The notes: a model not told the origin generated them from the letters alone. Shown: positions 17,132 through 26,311, counted from the first letter of the stretch. The stretch: 64,000 nucleotides of DNA from Kiritimatiellia bacterium (GCA_017447805.1 JAFSMR010000059.1:1198-65197), one strand, 5' to 3'. Translations and numbers: made by a program.

Positions 17132-18936
17132 TTGCTCTTTGCCCCCGAAAGCGATATTTGCGAAACTTTAGGTGAAATCATGCCGGCTATCAAATATACG
17201 AGAACAAGAATTGTAGCAAATGCGGAAAGCGAAGCAAAAACGAGCGCGCCCTTCGACATCGGTTTTTCAACTGTTCTTAGTGCCGGACGCGGAACCTTAT
17301 ATTCAACCAGCATCCTATCGCGATATGTAGATTCGAGAATCCAACATGGCGCCTTCTTGCCATCCCCCATATCAATATTTTGCGTTCCGGCAATCTTGTA
17401 TTTATCTTCGGCGATTTGCTTCTTGTAGAACTTTTCTTCTTTTGGCTTGGGCACAGGGCAAATTTGCTGGGAACATAGCGCGCCAACCTCTTTCAAGCCC
17501 TGCTTTTCAAGCGAAGCTTTGAGACGCGCAAGATTCATTTCTTCACGCGGAGGGAATCGCTGGGGTAGCTGAGTAATTTCGGTATCGCGAGCATGGACAG
17601 CGAGGAAGAGTCTATCGATTCTCGCTAAATCCCAAGCGCCGGCAACGACTACTGCGGCTAGAATGATATCAGCGGCGAAATCTTTCAATTTAGCGAATTT
17701 GCAAAGCGCCCTTCTTGTCGCTTCAATGCCAAAACCAGCGAGAACGACGACGGAAAATTCTGTCAAATGATGCCATTTCACCGGGCACCTGATCGAATCT
17801 GCAATCGGCAAGGCGAATACCAGCCTGTAAAGCGGCGCGAAATAGCGTCCGAGCGAGAGCAAATAGAAAAGTATTGCCGCGGCGAAGAAGAAATAAACTT
17901 CAACCCTCGCCTTGCCCTTCGAGAAGACCGGCCAAAGACAAACGCCCAGAAGCGCGAAAATGCAAGTAATCAGGCCAACATAAAGAGAGTGTTGCCGGTA
18001 ATTGCCGACATCTGAATTAATCGTCCTTCCCAATGCGCCGGTGTACGGTCTAACGCCGGTCTTTTGTTTATAGCCAAGCCCCAATACCAATTGGCAACTA
18101 GTATCGCCATTGACTCGAGGCCAAATAAATTCGATTGTTTCATTTGGCGGCAGAGACCAATTGGTGACAAAAACCCACCGCGATTCTTTATCATCAAGCT
18201 CGCTGCCGCCGGTTAACGCGGAGCCAGCTTCTTTATCGTTCTTGATTCCAATATCGCGATTTTCTTTGTCAAGAGCAGCTCCTCTAATACTAGGCGCCGA
18301 GATTACTAAAAATGTAAGCGCGCCGATAGCCAAGCCTTTCCATGAGGGCATATACCTTTCGCGAAAAGCGCACCAAACGAGATAAAAGAAAGTAAAGACA
18401 GTAAAAAATAGCCATAGATCCGGCTGGTAAAAACCCGCCCAACCGACTACCGCGCCAAGCAAAATCCAATTCTTCAGCTTATTCTTGCGAACGGCCCTAT
18501 CCGCGAGACCGAATGCAAAAACGCCGTATGCCATCCAGCGAAACCACCCGAGGTGGCCTGCGGAAAACAAGCTAAACCAATAGCCGCAAAATCCAAGTAA
18601 CAATCCCGCGCCATAGCACGCGACCAAGCTAAGCCCCCTGCCGCGCAAATAATATGCAAGCCCGAGCGCCGAAAGGTATGCGCACACGGCGTATCTAAGC
18701 TCGACCCACGCGTATGGATCTAAAATAAACATTACCAAATCGCCAGGAATAAACTTACCCGATTCCTTCCAGCCATTAAGCCAATCTCGGATATATTCAA
18801 CCGGGAATGAAGTCGCCGCATCCGGCATCACGGGCACTAAATCCAGCGCCCAAGCACCCCAAAAAACAAACCCCGCCAAAACTGCGAATAGCGCAGTGAA
18901 GGCGAGGAATGCGGCGTGATGCTTTTTTAGGTGCAT
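17128..18936 (-). CDS. polytopic membrane protein (602 aa), function unknown; GT-C/YfhO-like architecture is only a guess
   Basis: At least 10 hydrophobic segments with one large loop (aa about 215-300). It starts 6 nt after the ntpK stop. Confidence 0.75.
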   Translation of the reverse strand: MHLKKHHAAFLAFTALFAVLAGFVFWGAWALDLVPVMPDAATSFPVEYIRDWLNGWKESGKFIPGDLVMFILDPYAWVELRYAVCAYLSALGLAYYLRGRGLSLVACYGAGLLLGFCGYWFSLFSAGHLGWFRWMAYGVFAFGLADRAVRKNKLKNWILLGAVVGWAGFYQPDLWLFFTVFTFFYLVWCAFRERYMPSWKGLAIGALTFLVISAPSIRGAALDKENRDIGIKNDKEAGSALTGGSELDDKESRWVFVTNWSLPPNETIEFIWPRVNGDTSCQLVLGLGYKQKTGVRPYTGALGRTINSDVGNYRQHSLYVGLITCIFALLGVCLWPVFSKGKARVEVYFFFAAAILFYLLSLGRYFAPLYRLVFALPIADSIRCPVKWHHLTEFSVVVLAGFGIEATRRALCKFAKLKDFAADIILAAVVVAGAWDLARIDRLFLAVHARDTEITQLPQRFPPREEMNLARLKASLEKQGLKEVGALCSQQICPVPKPKEEKFYKKQIAEDKYKIAGTQNIDMGDGKKAPCWILESTYRDRMLVEYKVPRPALRTVEKPMSKGALVFASLSAFATILVLVYLIAGMISPKVSQISLSGAKSK

Positions 18937-18942
18937 CTAAAC

Positions 18943-19401
18943 TTACTTGATCGCGCCAAGAGCGATAAGCGCAAACACCATTGCGAAAATCGCAACGGTT
19001 TCTACGATACCAAGGGCGGCGAGATAGTTCGTGAAGCCCTGGTTCGTTTCAGCCTGCGCGTCGCAAGCCGCGGCGCCTGCGCGCCCCTGGAAAAGCGCGG
19101 AAAGACCAATCGCGAGCCCCGCGAAAATTCCCGCTACGAGAATCGGCACTCCCGCACCCGCGGCAACCTTGCCGACCTTGCCGAGCATGATGAACATAAG
19201 AATCATTCCGTAGAGAGTCTGGGTAATCGGCGCGCCGACAAACGAGAGGAGTAGGAATGGCGCCGGCTTGCCGGAAGCATAGCACTTCTTCCATGCGCCT
19301 ACTGCTGCAGAAGCTGCAAAACCTGTGCCAAACGCACTGCCGGCTCCGGCTAGTCCCAAGCAGGCTATTGCTCCTGCTACGATCATTGCTGTATCACTCA
19401 T
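18943..19401 (-). CDS. ntpK: V-type ATPase proteolipid (K/c) subunit, four-helix type
   Basis: 152 aa and Gly/Ala-rich. PITQTLYG, FQGRAGAAA and GIVETVAIF match the Enterococcus hirae NtpK blocks PGTQGLYG, AQGKVAAAG and MVETYAILG. Confidence 0.88.
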   Translation of the reverse strand: MSDTAMIVAGAIACLGLAGAGSAFGTGFAASAAVGAWKKCYASGKPAPFLLLSFVGAPITQTLYGMILMFIMLGKVGKVAAGAGVPILVAGIFAGLAIGLSALFQGRAGAAACDAQAETNQGFTNYLAALGIVETVAIFAMVFALIALGAIK

Positions 19402-19440
19402 TTTCTTTATCCTTTCGGGTTTGTTGTTTTAAATGTTAGC

Positions 19441-21183
19441 TTAATTGCTGGTTTTCTTGAATGGTTTGAAAGCGTAGCCCGCCCAAGATACCCCCTTGTG
19501 GTTGGAAAACTCGAGAGTATTCAGACGAACAGCGTGAACAAGAATCGAAAGACCCGCCATCGCGAGGTTAAGCCCATGGCCGACTACGAGAATCGCGACC
19601 ATTGCGATCGACATTAGAGCCTTTGCCCAAATCGCATCTGCACCCGTAACGAGACCTGTCGCCATCGAGTTGAAGTTTTCGGCGACTTTGACGGAAGCCA
19701 AGCCCACAGCGAACAAGCGAACATAGCTGATTATATCGCCAAGCGCGCTCATGATATTGAGCGGCAACATCCCAAGTTCCGCCCCGCGGGTCTTTAGCTC
19801 CGAAGGCTTGACGGAAAAGAGGAATACTAGCGCAATCGAAACTACACCTACCCAAATTCCCCAAGATGGAACTGCGCTAAAGATTCCGACAATCGAATTC
19901 GTGACGAGATACATCATCACCAAAACGCCCGCCCAGCCGAGCTCCGCAAGCGCCGTTGAATCGGGCGCCTTGCACACCGCGTTCCAAAGTCTCGCCAATA
20001 CGAGGTGCGAAGCGCCGATTGTGAAGCATAGAAGCATCATATTGTGATAGCTTGCATCAGCGAGCCACTTGACCGTCGGCCAATTGGCGCATGCAGGAAT
20101 ATTCGCGCCAAACCACGTATTCGAAAGCACTCCCCAGCCTACCGTCGCAAGCGAAAATACGCTTAGAAGAATTAGCCAGCTCTTCGCAACGGGGTTCGCC
20201 TTTTTCGCGGCGAGATATTTCTTCCAACCGAAAATCGTGCCGATAAGGAATATCATGCCATACGCGCCATCCCCGACTAGCATCGCAAAGAATAGCGAGA
20301 AATAGCACATAAACGGAACTGATACATCAGCTTCGGTATATGCCGGCGAAATGCCGAGCCCATCGAATAGCGCCTTGACGGGCCTGAAGAATTTCGGCGG
20401 CTCCACGAGAGTCGGCGGCGTTTCGTCGGCCGCGGGGTCGCGAAGCAGAACGCCCCAGCCGTTTTCCGCGGCCTTCTCGCGTGCGCTTGCGACTTTCGTC
20501 ATAGGAACCCAGCCAGAAATAAATGCGATTTCGCCTTCTTGCGACATCAACTCCTTCGCGGCCGCAAACGCTACTTTATCGGCAAGCGCCGGAAACGCCG
20601 AAAGAATAGAATCTTCTTCGCTCGCGGCGAGTTTCGATACGGCTTTCAAACGCTCAGATTCGTAGCGCGCTGCTTCTTCGCGCATTTCTGCCAAGCTTCT
20701 ATCCGGCAAAGGCAGAAGGGTTTCTTCCTGAGTTGCGGGCTTTTCGGCTTCTTCAGCCTCATTCGCCCAAGCAATCTCGAAAGTTCCATCACCCTTCAAC
20801 TTGAGATTCAAACCCTCTTTTTCGAGCAATTTGGCGAGTTTTGGATCGAAATTCCCGAATGGTTCATAGCGCTTGATTTCTTTCGCGATTTCCTCTAGCC
20901 TCGCTACGGCTTCTTCGCGAACCTTTTCGAGCTCTAAAACACCTTCAATCGTGCAAGGCTGCTTAGTTAAGGAATCAGCCCAATCTACGCCTTCGCGAGA
21001 TTTCAAAATCGCCCTATACGCGCGCTCTGCCTCAGCCGCCTCACCCTTCGCCGTAGCAACCTCTGCGCCCTTCGCGCTCGCGAGATCTAGATGCACCGCG
21101 CCGAGCTCGCGAAGCTTTTCCAACGTTTCTTCTGCTTCGCCTTGTACGCAAACGAGATCCAGATGCATCATCTTAACTATCAT
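19441..21183 (-). CDS. ntpI: V-type ATPase subunit I (a-subunit, stator/ion channel)
   Basis: 580 aa. A soluble coiled N-terminal half is followed by a C-terminal half with about 7 TM segments. It lies between the D and K genes. Confidence 0.85.
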   Translation of the reverse strand: MIVKMMHLDLVCVQGEAEETLEKLRELGAVHLDLASAKGAEVATAKGEAAEAERAYRAILKSREGVDWADSLTKQPCTIEGVLELEKVREEAVARLEEIAKEIKRYEPFGNFDPKLAKLLEKEGLNLKLKGDGTFEIAWANEAEEAEKPATQEETLLPLPDRSLAEMREEAARYESERLKAVSKLAASEEDSILSAFPALADKVAFAAAKELMSQEGEIAFISGWVPMTKVASAREKAAENGWGVLLRDPAADETPPTLVEPPKFFRPVKALFDGLGISPAYTEADVSVPFMCYFSLFFAMLVGDGAYGMIFLIGTIFGWKKYLAAKKANPVAKSWLILLSVFSLATVGWGVLSNTWFGANIPACANWPTVKWLADASYHNMMLLCFTIGASHLVLARLWNAVCKAPDSTALAELGWAGVLVMMYLVTNSIVGIFSAVPSWGIWVGVVSIALVFLFSVKPSELKTRGAELGMLPLNIMSALGDIISYVRLFAVGLASVKVAENFNSMATGLVTGADAIWAKALMSIAMVAILVVGHGLNLAMAGLSILVHAVRLNTLEFSNHKGVSWAGYAFKPFKKTSN

Positions 21184-21185
21184 CT

Positions 21186-21785
21186 TCAGCCCTCCTCCGG
21201 AGTTCTCGATTTGGCGATCTTGCCGCGCGTTACTGCCGCGGTCTGCTCATCGCCAAGCGCAATCTTAATTACCCTAATCGCTTCCTTGCATTCGGGTATC
21301 TTCACCTTTTCGAAAAGATTTACTCTTTGCGAGGTAGTCTGAAGCTCGGCCGTAATCAGGCGCTTTTGCTCTTCATAGACCGCCCGTTGGCTCTTGAGCG
21401 AAAGCACCTTCTCGGCGACTAGCGACGCATCATCTAACCACGCAGGGGTCGACCATGGGTCGATTTCCTTCTTTTCGGTATCTATAGCTTCAAAAGTAGG
21501 AATAGCGACGCCGGCGATATTCGCGCTAGAAGTCTTTACCTCTTTTACCACAACGAGATTTTCGAGTAGCTCTGGCTCTGTTGCCATAAGCCCTACCCAG
21601 CTATCGAGCTTTGCGCGCACTTCACGCTCCTTCGAAGCGACCTCATCGGCCTTGGCTGCGATACCCGCTATTTCGCTTTGAAGTTGCTGCTTTTTCAGCT
21701 GCAACATAGGCAAAAAGCGCTGAAAACGCTTCAATGCGTCGGTCTGCGCCTTAAGCTCGGTCTTTGTGAGTTTGAACTTAGCCAT
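21186..21785 (-). CDS. ntpD: V-type ATPase subunit D (central stalk)
   Basis: LTKTELKAQTDALKRFQRFLPMLQLKKQQL...QRVNLFEKVKIPECKEAIRVIKIALGDEQ matches the NtpD pattern. Confidence 0.88.
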   Translation of the reverse strand: MAKFKLTKTELKAQTDALKRFQRFLPMLQLKKQQLQSEIAGIAAKADEVASKEREVRAKLDSWVGLMATEPELLENLVVVKEVKTSSANIAGVAIPTFEAIDTEKKEIDPWSTPAWLDDASLVAEKVLSLKSQRAVYEEQKRLITAELQTTSQRVNLFEKVKIPECKEAIRVIKIALGDEQTAAVTRGKIAKSRTPEEG

Positions 21786-21797
21786 ATTACAACCGAT

Positions 21798-21826
21798 ATT
21801 TTAGCACATTCCGCCGTTTGGGTCAA
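21798..21826 (-). promoter_or_regulatory. putative promoter of the ntpD-I-K operon (TTGACC-17-TGCTAAAAT)
   Basis: -35 at 21826-21821 and -10 at 21803-21798, with 12 nt between the -10 and the ntpD ATG. Confidence 0.6.
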
Positions 21827-21846
21827 GGGGGTATATTGTTTCTTCC

Positions 21847-23496
21847 TTAATTCGCGGCAACTTCGTTTTGTTTTGCTACGAGGGCTGTTGCGCCATATTG
21901 CTCGCGCAATTTCGGCTTCTCGATTTTCCCCGTCGGGTTGCGCGGTACTTCTGCGAAGATAATCTTGCGAGGGCGCTTATAGCGCGGCAGGCCTAGGCAG
22001 AAATCGTTTACCTGCTGCTCCGTTAAGGTGCAACCTTCCTTTATCGATATGATCGCCGCAGCAATTTCACCGAGTCTAGAATCGGCTAAACCAATCACCG
22101 CCACATCTTTGATTGCGGGGTTTGCCCTCAAATAATCTTCGATCTGCACAGGATAGAGGTTTTCGCCGCCCGTGATGATAACATCTTTCGCGCGGTCTAC
22201 GAGGTATATGAAACCATCGCGCTCCTCTGCCATATCACCAGTAAGAAGCCAGCCGCCTTCCTTCAAAATTTCCTTCGTCGCCGCTGGGTTCTTGTAATAT
22301 TCTTTCATTACGCCCGGACCCTTCAGCGCGAGCTCGCCGACCTTGCCGCGCTCTACCGGCGTTACACCGTCGCTACAAACGATTTTCGTCTGCCAGCCGA
22401 AACCGGCTACTCCTATCGCGCCGACATGATCGATATTTTCGATTCCAAGATGCACAGCTCCTGGTCCCGTCGACTCCGAAAGCCCGTAATTCGTATCGTA
22501 GTCGTGATTCGGGAAAACTCCCTTCCAGCGCTTGATTAGGCTCGGCGGCACGGGCTGTGCGCCGATATGCATAAGCCGCCACTGCGCGAGCTCGTATTCG
22601 TCGAGCTTCACATCGCCGCGCTCGATCGCATCGAGAATATCCTGCGCCCACGGAACGAGCAGCCAAACAATCGTGCAGTGCTCTTCCGATACCGCCCTCA
22701 AAATCCACTCGGGCTTCACGCCTTTAAGCAATACCGATTTGCCGCCGACAAGGAAGCTGCCGAACCAGTGCATCTTCGCGCCGGTATGATATAGCGGAGG
22801 AATGCAGAGGAAGCAATCTTCTTTCTTTTGTCCATGATGCGCCTGCTCGACTTTGCACGAATGTATAAGGCATTTATGCTGAAGCACGATCGCCTTAGGA
22901 AAGCCCGTCGTGCCGGAAGAAAAATAAATCGCCGCATCGTCCTCGGGGGTAAGCGAGATTGTAGGCGTCCTGCTGGAAGCGTAGGAAACGAGATTTCTGT
23001 AGCTTTCGGCGAAGCTCGGGCAATCGTCGCCGACATACAGGCGAATCTTGAGGCGCGGCACGAGGTCGATAATCTGCTCCACGCGACCAATGAATTCAGG
23101 ACCGAACACGAGCGCATCGGCATCCGCGAGCTCTAGGCAATATTTTATTTCATCGGCGGTATAGCGGAAATTCAGCGGGACTGCGAGACACCCTGCTTTG
23201 AGGATACCGAAATAAATCGGCAACCACTCTAGACAGTTCATCAAGAGAATCGCTACCTTATCGCCCTTCTTGAATCCGCGGCTTAGGAGGAAATTCGCAA
23301 ATCTATTCGCCTTTAGATTGAAGTCGCTCCACGTCATTTCACTTCTGAAAGCTTCAATCGGCGAAGATTCGATTAGTGAATATTCTCGCCATGTAGTGCG
23401 GCGATTTTCGAGTTCCTGCGGATTGATTTCTACCAATGCTACATCGCGCGGCCATTCTTGCGCGTTGCGTTCCAAAATATCGCAAATACTATTCAT
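21847..23496 (-). CDS. AMP-dependent synthetase/ligase (acyl-CoA synthetase family)
   Basis: AMP-binding motifs YFSSGTTGFPKA, TGD and GGENLYP. 549 aa. Confidence 0.88.
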   Translation of the reverse strand: MNSICDILERNAQEWPRDVALVEINPQELENRRTTWREYSLIESSPIEAFRSEMTWSDFNLKANRFANFLLSRGFKKGDKVAILLMNCLEWLPIYFGILKAGCLAVPLNFRYTADEIKYCLELADADALVFGPEFIGRVEQIIDLVPRLKIRLYVGDDCPSFAESYRNLVSYASSRTPTISLTPEDDAAIYFSSGTTGFPKAIVLQHKCLIHSCKVEQAHHGQKKEDCFLCIPPLYHTGAKMHWFGSFLVGGKSVLLKGVKPEWILRAVSEEHCTIVWLLVPWAQDILDAIERGDVKLDEYELAQWRLMHIGAQPVPPSLIKRWKGVFPNHDYDTNYGLSESTGPGAVHLGIENIDHVGAIGVAGFGWQTKIVCSDGVTPVERGKVGELALKGPGVMKEYYKNPAATKEILKEGGWLLTGDMAEERDGFIYLVDRAKDVIITGGENLYPVQIEDYLRANPAIKDVAVIGLADSRLGEIAAAIISIKEGCTLTEQQVNDFCLGLPRYKRPRKIIFAEVPRNPTGKIEKPKLREQYGATALVAKQNEVAAN

Positions 23497-23499
23497 AAA

Positions 23500-24363
23500 T
23501 CACCTCTTGAAATTTGTTGCGCCCTTCGCAGTTGCGGCGGCAGCCTTTTCCGCCGCCTCTTGCTCTTTCGCCTTTGCGATCAACCCCGCGACCTGCGATT
23601 TGTAGGCTTCTTCGGCTTCCTTCGGCCATGTCGCCTTCATTAGCTTTATCAACCTGAGCGCCTCTTTGGGATTGGTGCCTTTGAGATATTCGATTTCTTC
23701 TTGCAGGTCGCCTCTCGCCTTGTCGATTGCCCCAAGTAGAGCGCTAGCTTCTTCCGCGACAGGTTGATTTTTGCTGTTGGTCGCCCCTTCCAGCTTCTTT
23801 ACGATCGCCTGAATCGGCTTGCCGATTACGAGCTGTTTTTCCAGGCTCTTGAATTTTACAAGCTTTACATCGCCTACCAAGGAAGGAAGTTTGCCGACTT
23901 CATCTAGCGCATTTACTACGGCTTCGGTCGCATCTCGTTCGCTGCGCCCGGAATACACGATTTGACCGCGATGGTTTACTACATATATAAAAGGCAAGCC
24001 GCCGCCATTTTCCGGCTCGTTCGATATTCCGGCGCCTTGGTAGATGGGATAGTGGAGATCATTCTTTTCCACAAGCGCCTTGATGGAACTTTCGTTTCTA
24101 TCTTGACGATGCGAGCCGATGAGAACAAAAGGTTTATGCTTAAAGCTTTCCCAAATCTGCTGCATACGCGGCAAAAGCGCGCGGCATGGCGGGCAGCGGT
24201 GTCCCCACTCGTCTACAAGAACTACCTTGCCCGCTAGGCTCGCCGGCGATTTGATGTGAGGCCCGGCGATATAATTTTCTTCGCCTATACCATGCCACTC
24301 TACGCCAGCTACACCAAGCGCGGATAATACCGCCACAACCAACAACGCGCTTCTTACCTTCAT
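23500..24363 (-). CDS. secreted thioredoxin-like (TlpA/ResA-type) protein with helical C-terminal extension
   Basis: Signal peptide MKVRSALLVVAVLSALG and the redox motif WGHRCPPC. I place the start at 24363 (SD AAAGGAG); the track's extension overlaps glyQS. Confidence 0.8.
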   Translation of the reverse strand: MKVRSALLVVAVLSALGVAGVEWHGIGEENYIAGPHIKSPASLAGKVVLVDEWGHRCPPCRALLPRMQQIWESFKHKPFVLIGSHRQDRNESSIKALVEKNDLHYPIYQGAGISNEPENGGGLPFIYVVNHRGQIVYSGRSERDATEAVVNALDEVGKLPSLVGDVKLVKFKSLEKQLVIGKPIQAIVKKLEGATNSKNQPVAEEASALLGAIDKARGDLQEEIEYLKGTNPKEALRLIKLMKATWPKEAEEAYKSQVAGLIAKAKEQEAAEKAAAATAKGATNFKR

Positions 24364-24422
24364 ATTGCTCCTTTCGTTTCCTTCTTCTCCCCTGTCCCGA
24401 GTCTCGTCTTCCCTATCCCGTG

Positions 24423-26006
24423 TTAAAACTCCAGCGCCTCGTACATCTTGGCGAGGAACTGCGGGTATGTCATGCGCTCTTGCGCCATGGAATCGCGCTC
24501 GCGGACGGTGAATGTTCCATCCTCGAGAGTCTGGGCGTCGACCGTAATGCACCACGGGGTTCCGGCTTCATCTTGGCGTCTGTAACGACGACCAATCGCG
24601 CCGCTTACATCCCACATTACATTAACCTTCTTCTGGAGCTTCGTGAAGATTTCTCTCGCTATGCGGTCTTGATCGGGGTCTTTCTTGATTAGCGGGAATA
24701 TGGCGACTTTGATTGGCGCAACTTTCGGCGAGAGGTGAAGAATTGTTCTAATATCTTCCTTGCCTTTTTCGTCGGTGAGCTTTTCTTCCTCGTATGCTTC
24801 GCAAAGAAGTGCGAGCATAAGCCTATCGACGCCGGCGGAAGGCTCGATGACATGCGGAACATACTTGCCGTCGAATAGATCGCGGCAGAATTTTTCCGCC
24901 GCCGCCGCGTCTTTGCCGCGCGCGGTCCAATCTGCCTGCACACGCGCAATGAACGCGGCTCGGCTAGCTTCATCCAGCTTCTTCGCCGCCTGCTTTAGCG
25001 GGTCGTCAAATACCATCTGGCTTTCGCCGGAATGCTTTTGATGCTGAGTTAAGTCGAAATCGCTTCTCGCCGCAATTCCTTCTAGTTCCTGACGACCGAA
25101 TGGGAAATCGTATTCGATATCGACGCACGCCCTCGCGTAGTGCGCAAGCTCATCCGGCTTCTGCCAATATTCCACGAAATGCTCTGTCGGCAGCCCTACC
25201 GCATTAAGGAATTTCTTCCTCTGCTCGACCCAATATTTGTGCCAGACCTCCCAGCCCCAGTCATCCTGAACTGGACCGTTCAAATCGGGGTTGTCTTTCA
25301 ATGTAACGACATGACCATAGAGAATTTCCACCGCTTCATCAGGGCGGATAAAGAACTCTAGTTCCATCTGCTCGAATTCGCGCGAACGGAAGGTGTAGTT
25401 GCGCGGCGTTACTTCGTTGCGAAAGCTTTTACCCATCTGCGCGATTCCGTATGGAACGCTCATGCGCGAGGTCGCCGTCACATTCTGGAACTGCGCAAAT
25501 ATCGCCTGCGCTGTCTCGGGACGAAGATAAGCGACATTCGAGGGGTCGTCAATCGGCCCTACAACAGTCTTGAACATCAAGTTGAAGGGCTTGGGCTCAG
25601 TCATCTCGCCGCCGCAATGAGGACACGATAGCGCATAAGCCGGATTCACGGCTGCCGCCTTCTTGCCGAGCTCCGCGCGGATATCTTCGAGCTGGTCCGC
25701 CCTCATGAGCTTCTTGCAGTTTTTGCACATCGTCATCGGGTCGGCGAATGTATCGAGGTGGCCGGACGCCTTCCAAATTTTCGGGTGCATGATGATTGTC
25801 GCATCAAGCCCGGCGACATCTTGGCGCTGACGGACAGTAAATTGCCACCACGCCTGCTTGACATTCTGCTTGAATTCACAGCCTAGCGGACCATAATCCC
25901 AAAAGCCAGGCATACCCCCGTAAATTTCCGAAGAATGAAAGATAAAGCCCCTGCGCTTGCATAGCGCGCTAAGAGCATCCAATGATGATTTTGTCTCTTC
26001 TGCCAT
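24423..26006 (-). CDS. glyQS: glycyl-tRNA synthetase, single-chain (alpha2) type
   Basis: 527 aa. RGFIFHSSEIYGG, FRNE, RSREFEQMELEFF and GVDRL are class II GlyRS motifs. Confidence 0.92.
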   Translation of the reverse strand: MAEETKSSLDALSALCKRRGFIFHSSEIYGGMPGFWDYGPLGCEFKQNVKQAWWQFTVRQRQDVAGLDATIIMHPKIWKASGHLDTFADPMTMCKNCKKLMRADQLEDIRAELGKKAAAVNPAYALSCPHCGGEMTEPKPFNLMFKTVVGPIDDPSNVAYLRPETAQAIFAQFQNVTATSRMSVPYGIAQMGKSFRNEVTPRNYTFRSREFEQMELEFFIRPDEAVEILYGHVVTLKDNPDLNGPVQDDWGWEVWHKYWVEQRKKFLNAVGLPTEHFVEYWQKPDELAHYARACVDIEYDFPFGRQELEGIAARSDFDLTQHQKHSGESQMVFDDPLKQAAKKLDEASRAAFIARVQADWTARGKDAAAAEKFCRDLFDGKYVPHVIEPSAGVDRLMLALLCEAYEEEKLTDEKGKEDIRTILHLSPKVAPIKVAIFPLIKKDPDQDRIAREIFTKLQKKVNVMWDVSGAIGRRYRRQDEAGTPWCITVDAQTLEDGTFTVRERDSMAQERMTYPQFLAKMYEALEF

Positions 26007-26017
26007 AACGAGGGCGT

Positions 26018-26046
26018 ATTATACCACATTTGTCCTTCCCGGTCTA
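26018..26046 (-). promoter_or_regulatory. putative glyQS promoter (TAGACC-17-TGGTATAAT)
   Basis: -10 at 26023-26018 with TGG immediately upstream, and only 11 nt to the ATG. Confidence 0.55.
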
Positions 26047-26063
26047 GTACCCTACCCCGTTTT

Positions 26064-26147
26064 TGCTCGAAACGCCCCGCTGAAAATTTTCCCTGCCTTC
26101 GTCCATGCTCGAAACCTCCCGCCATAAATTTTCTCTACCTTCGAGCA
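26064..26147. repeat. two tandem 42-bp direct repeats (33/42 identical)
   Basis: Unit 1 is 26064-26105 and unit 2 is 26106-26147, aligned base by base. Unit 2 is bracketed by a perfect 10-bp inverted repeat, CATGCTCGAA (26104-26113) / TTCGAGCATG (26140-26149). Confidence 0.8.
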
Positions 26148-26283
26148 TGATTAGTGTTGCCATTGTTACAATTTCCAATTGGCATTGGTTACTGGTATTG
26201 GCAACATTTTCACATTGGCAATATTCATCGCCGCCGAACTCGAACTACTCCACCTCGGAAAAGCAAATCATCTAAAGAAATCA

Positions 26284-26311
26284 CCTGTTTCTCCTGTTCT
26301 CCATGCTAAAA
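26284..26311. repeat. 28-nt exact copy of the inner arm of the 14.3-kb inverted-repeat element
   Basis: CCTGTTTCTCCTGTTCTCCATGCTAAAA equals the reverse complement of 14310-14337. Similarity continues at about 75% for roughly 20 more nt. Confidence 0.85.

Noticed and set aside
26064-26147. Tandem 42-bp repeats considered as a CRISPR array
   Set aside because: There are only two units and they are directly adjacent with no spacers. They share 79% identity, and the window has no cas genes.
26157-26220. TGGCA-containing words considered as a sigma-54 (-24/-12) promoter
   Set aside because: No TGGCAC-N5-TTGC arrangement with correct spacing could be found. The motif copies are 17-19 nt apart and there is no GC element.
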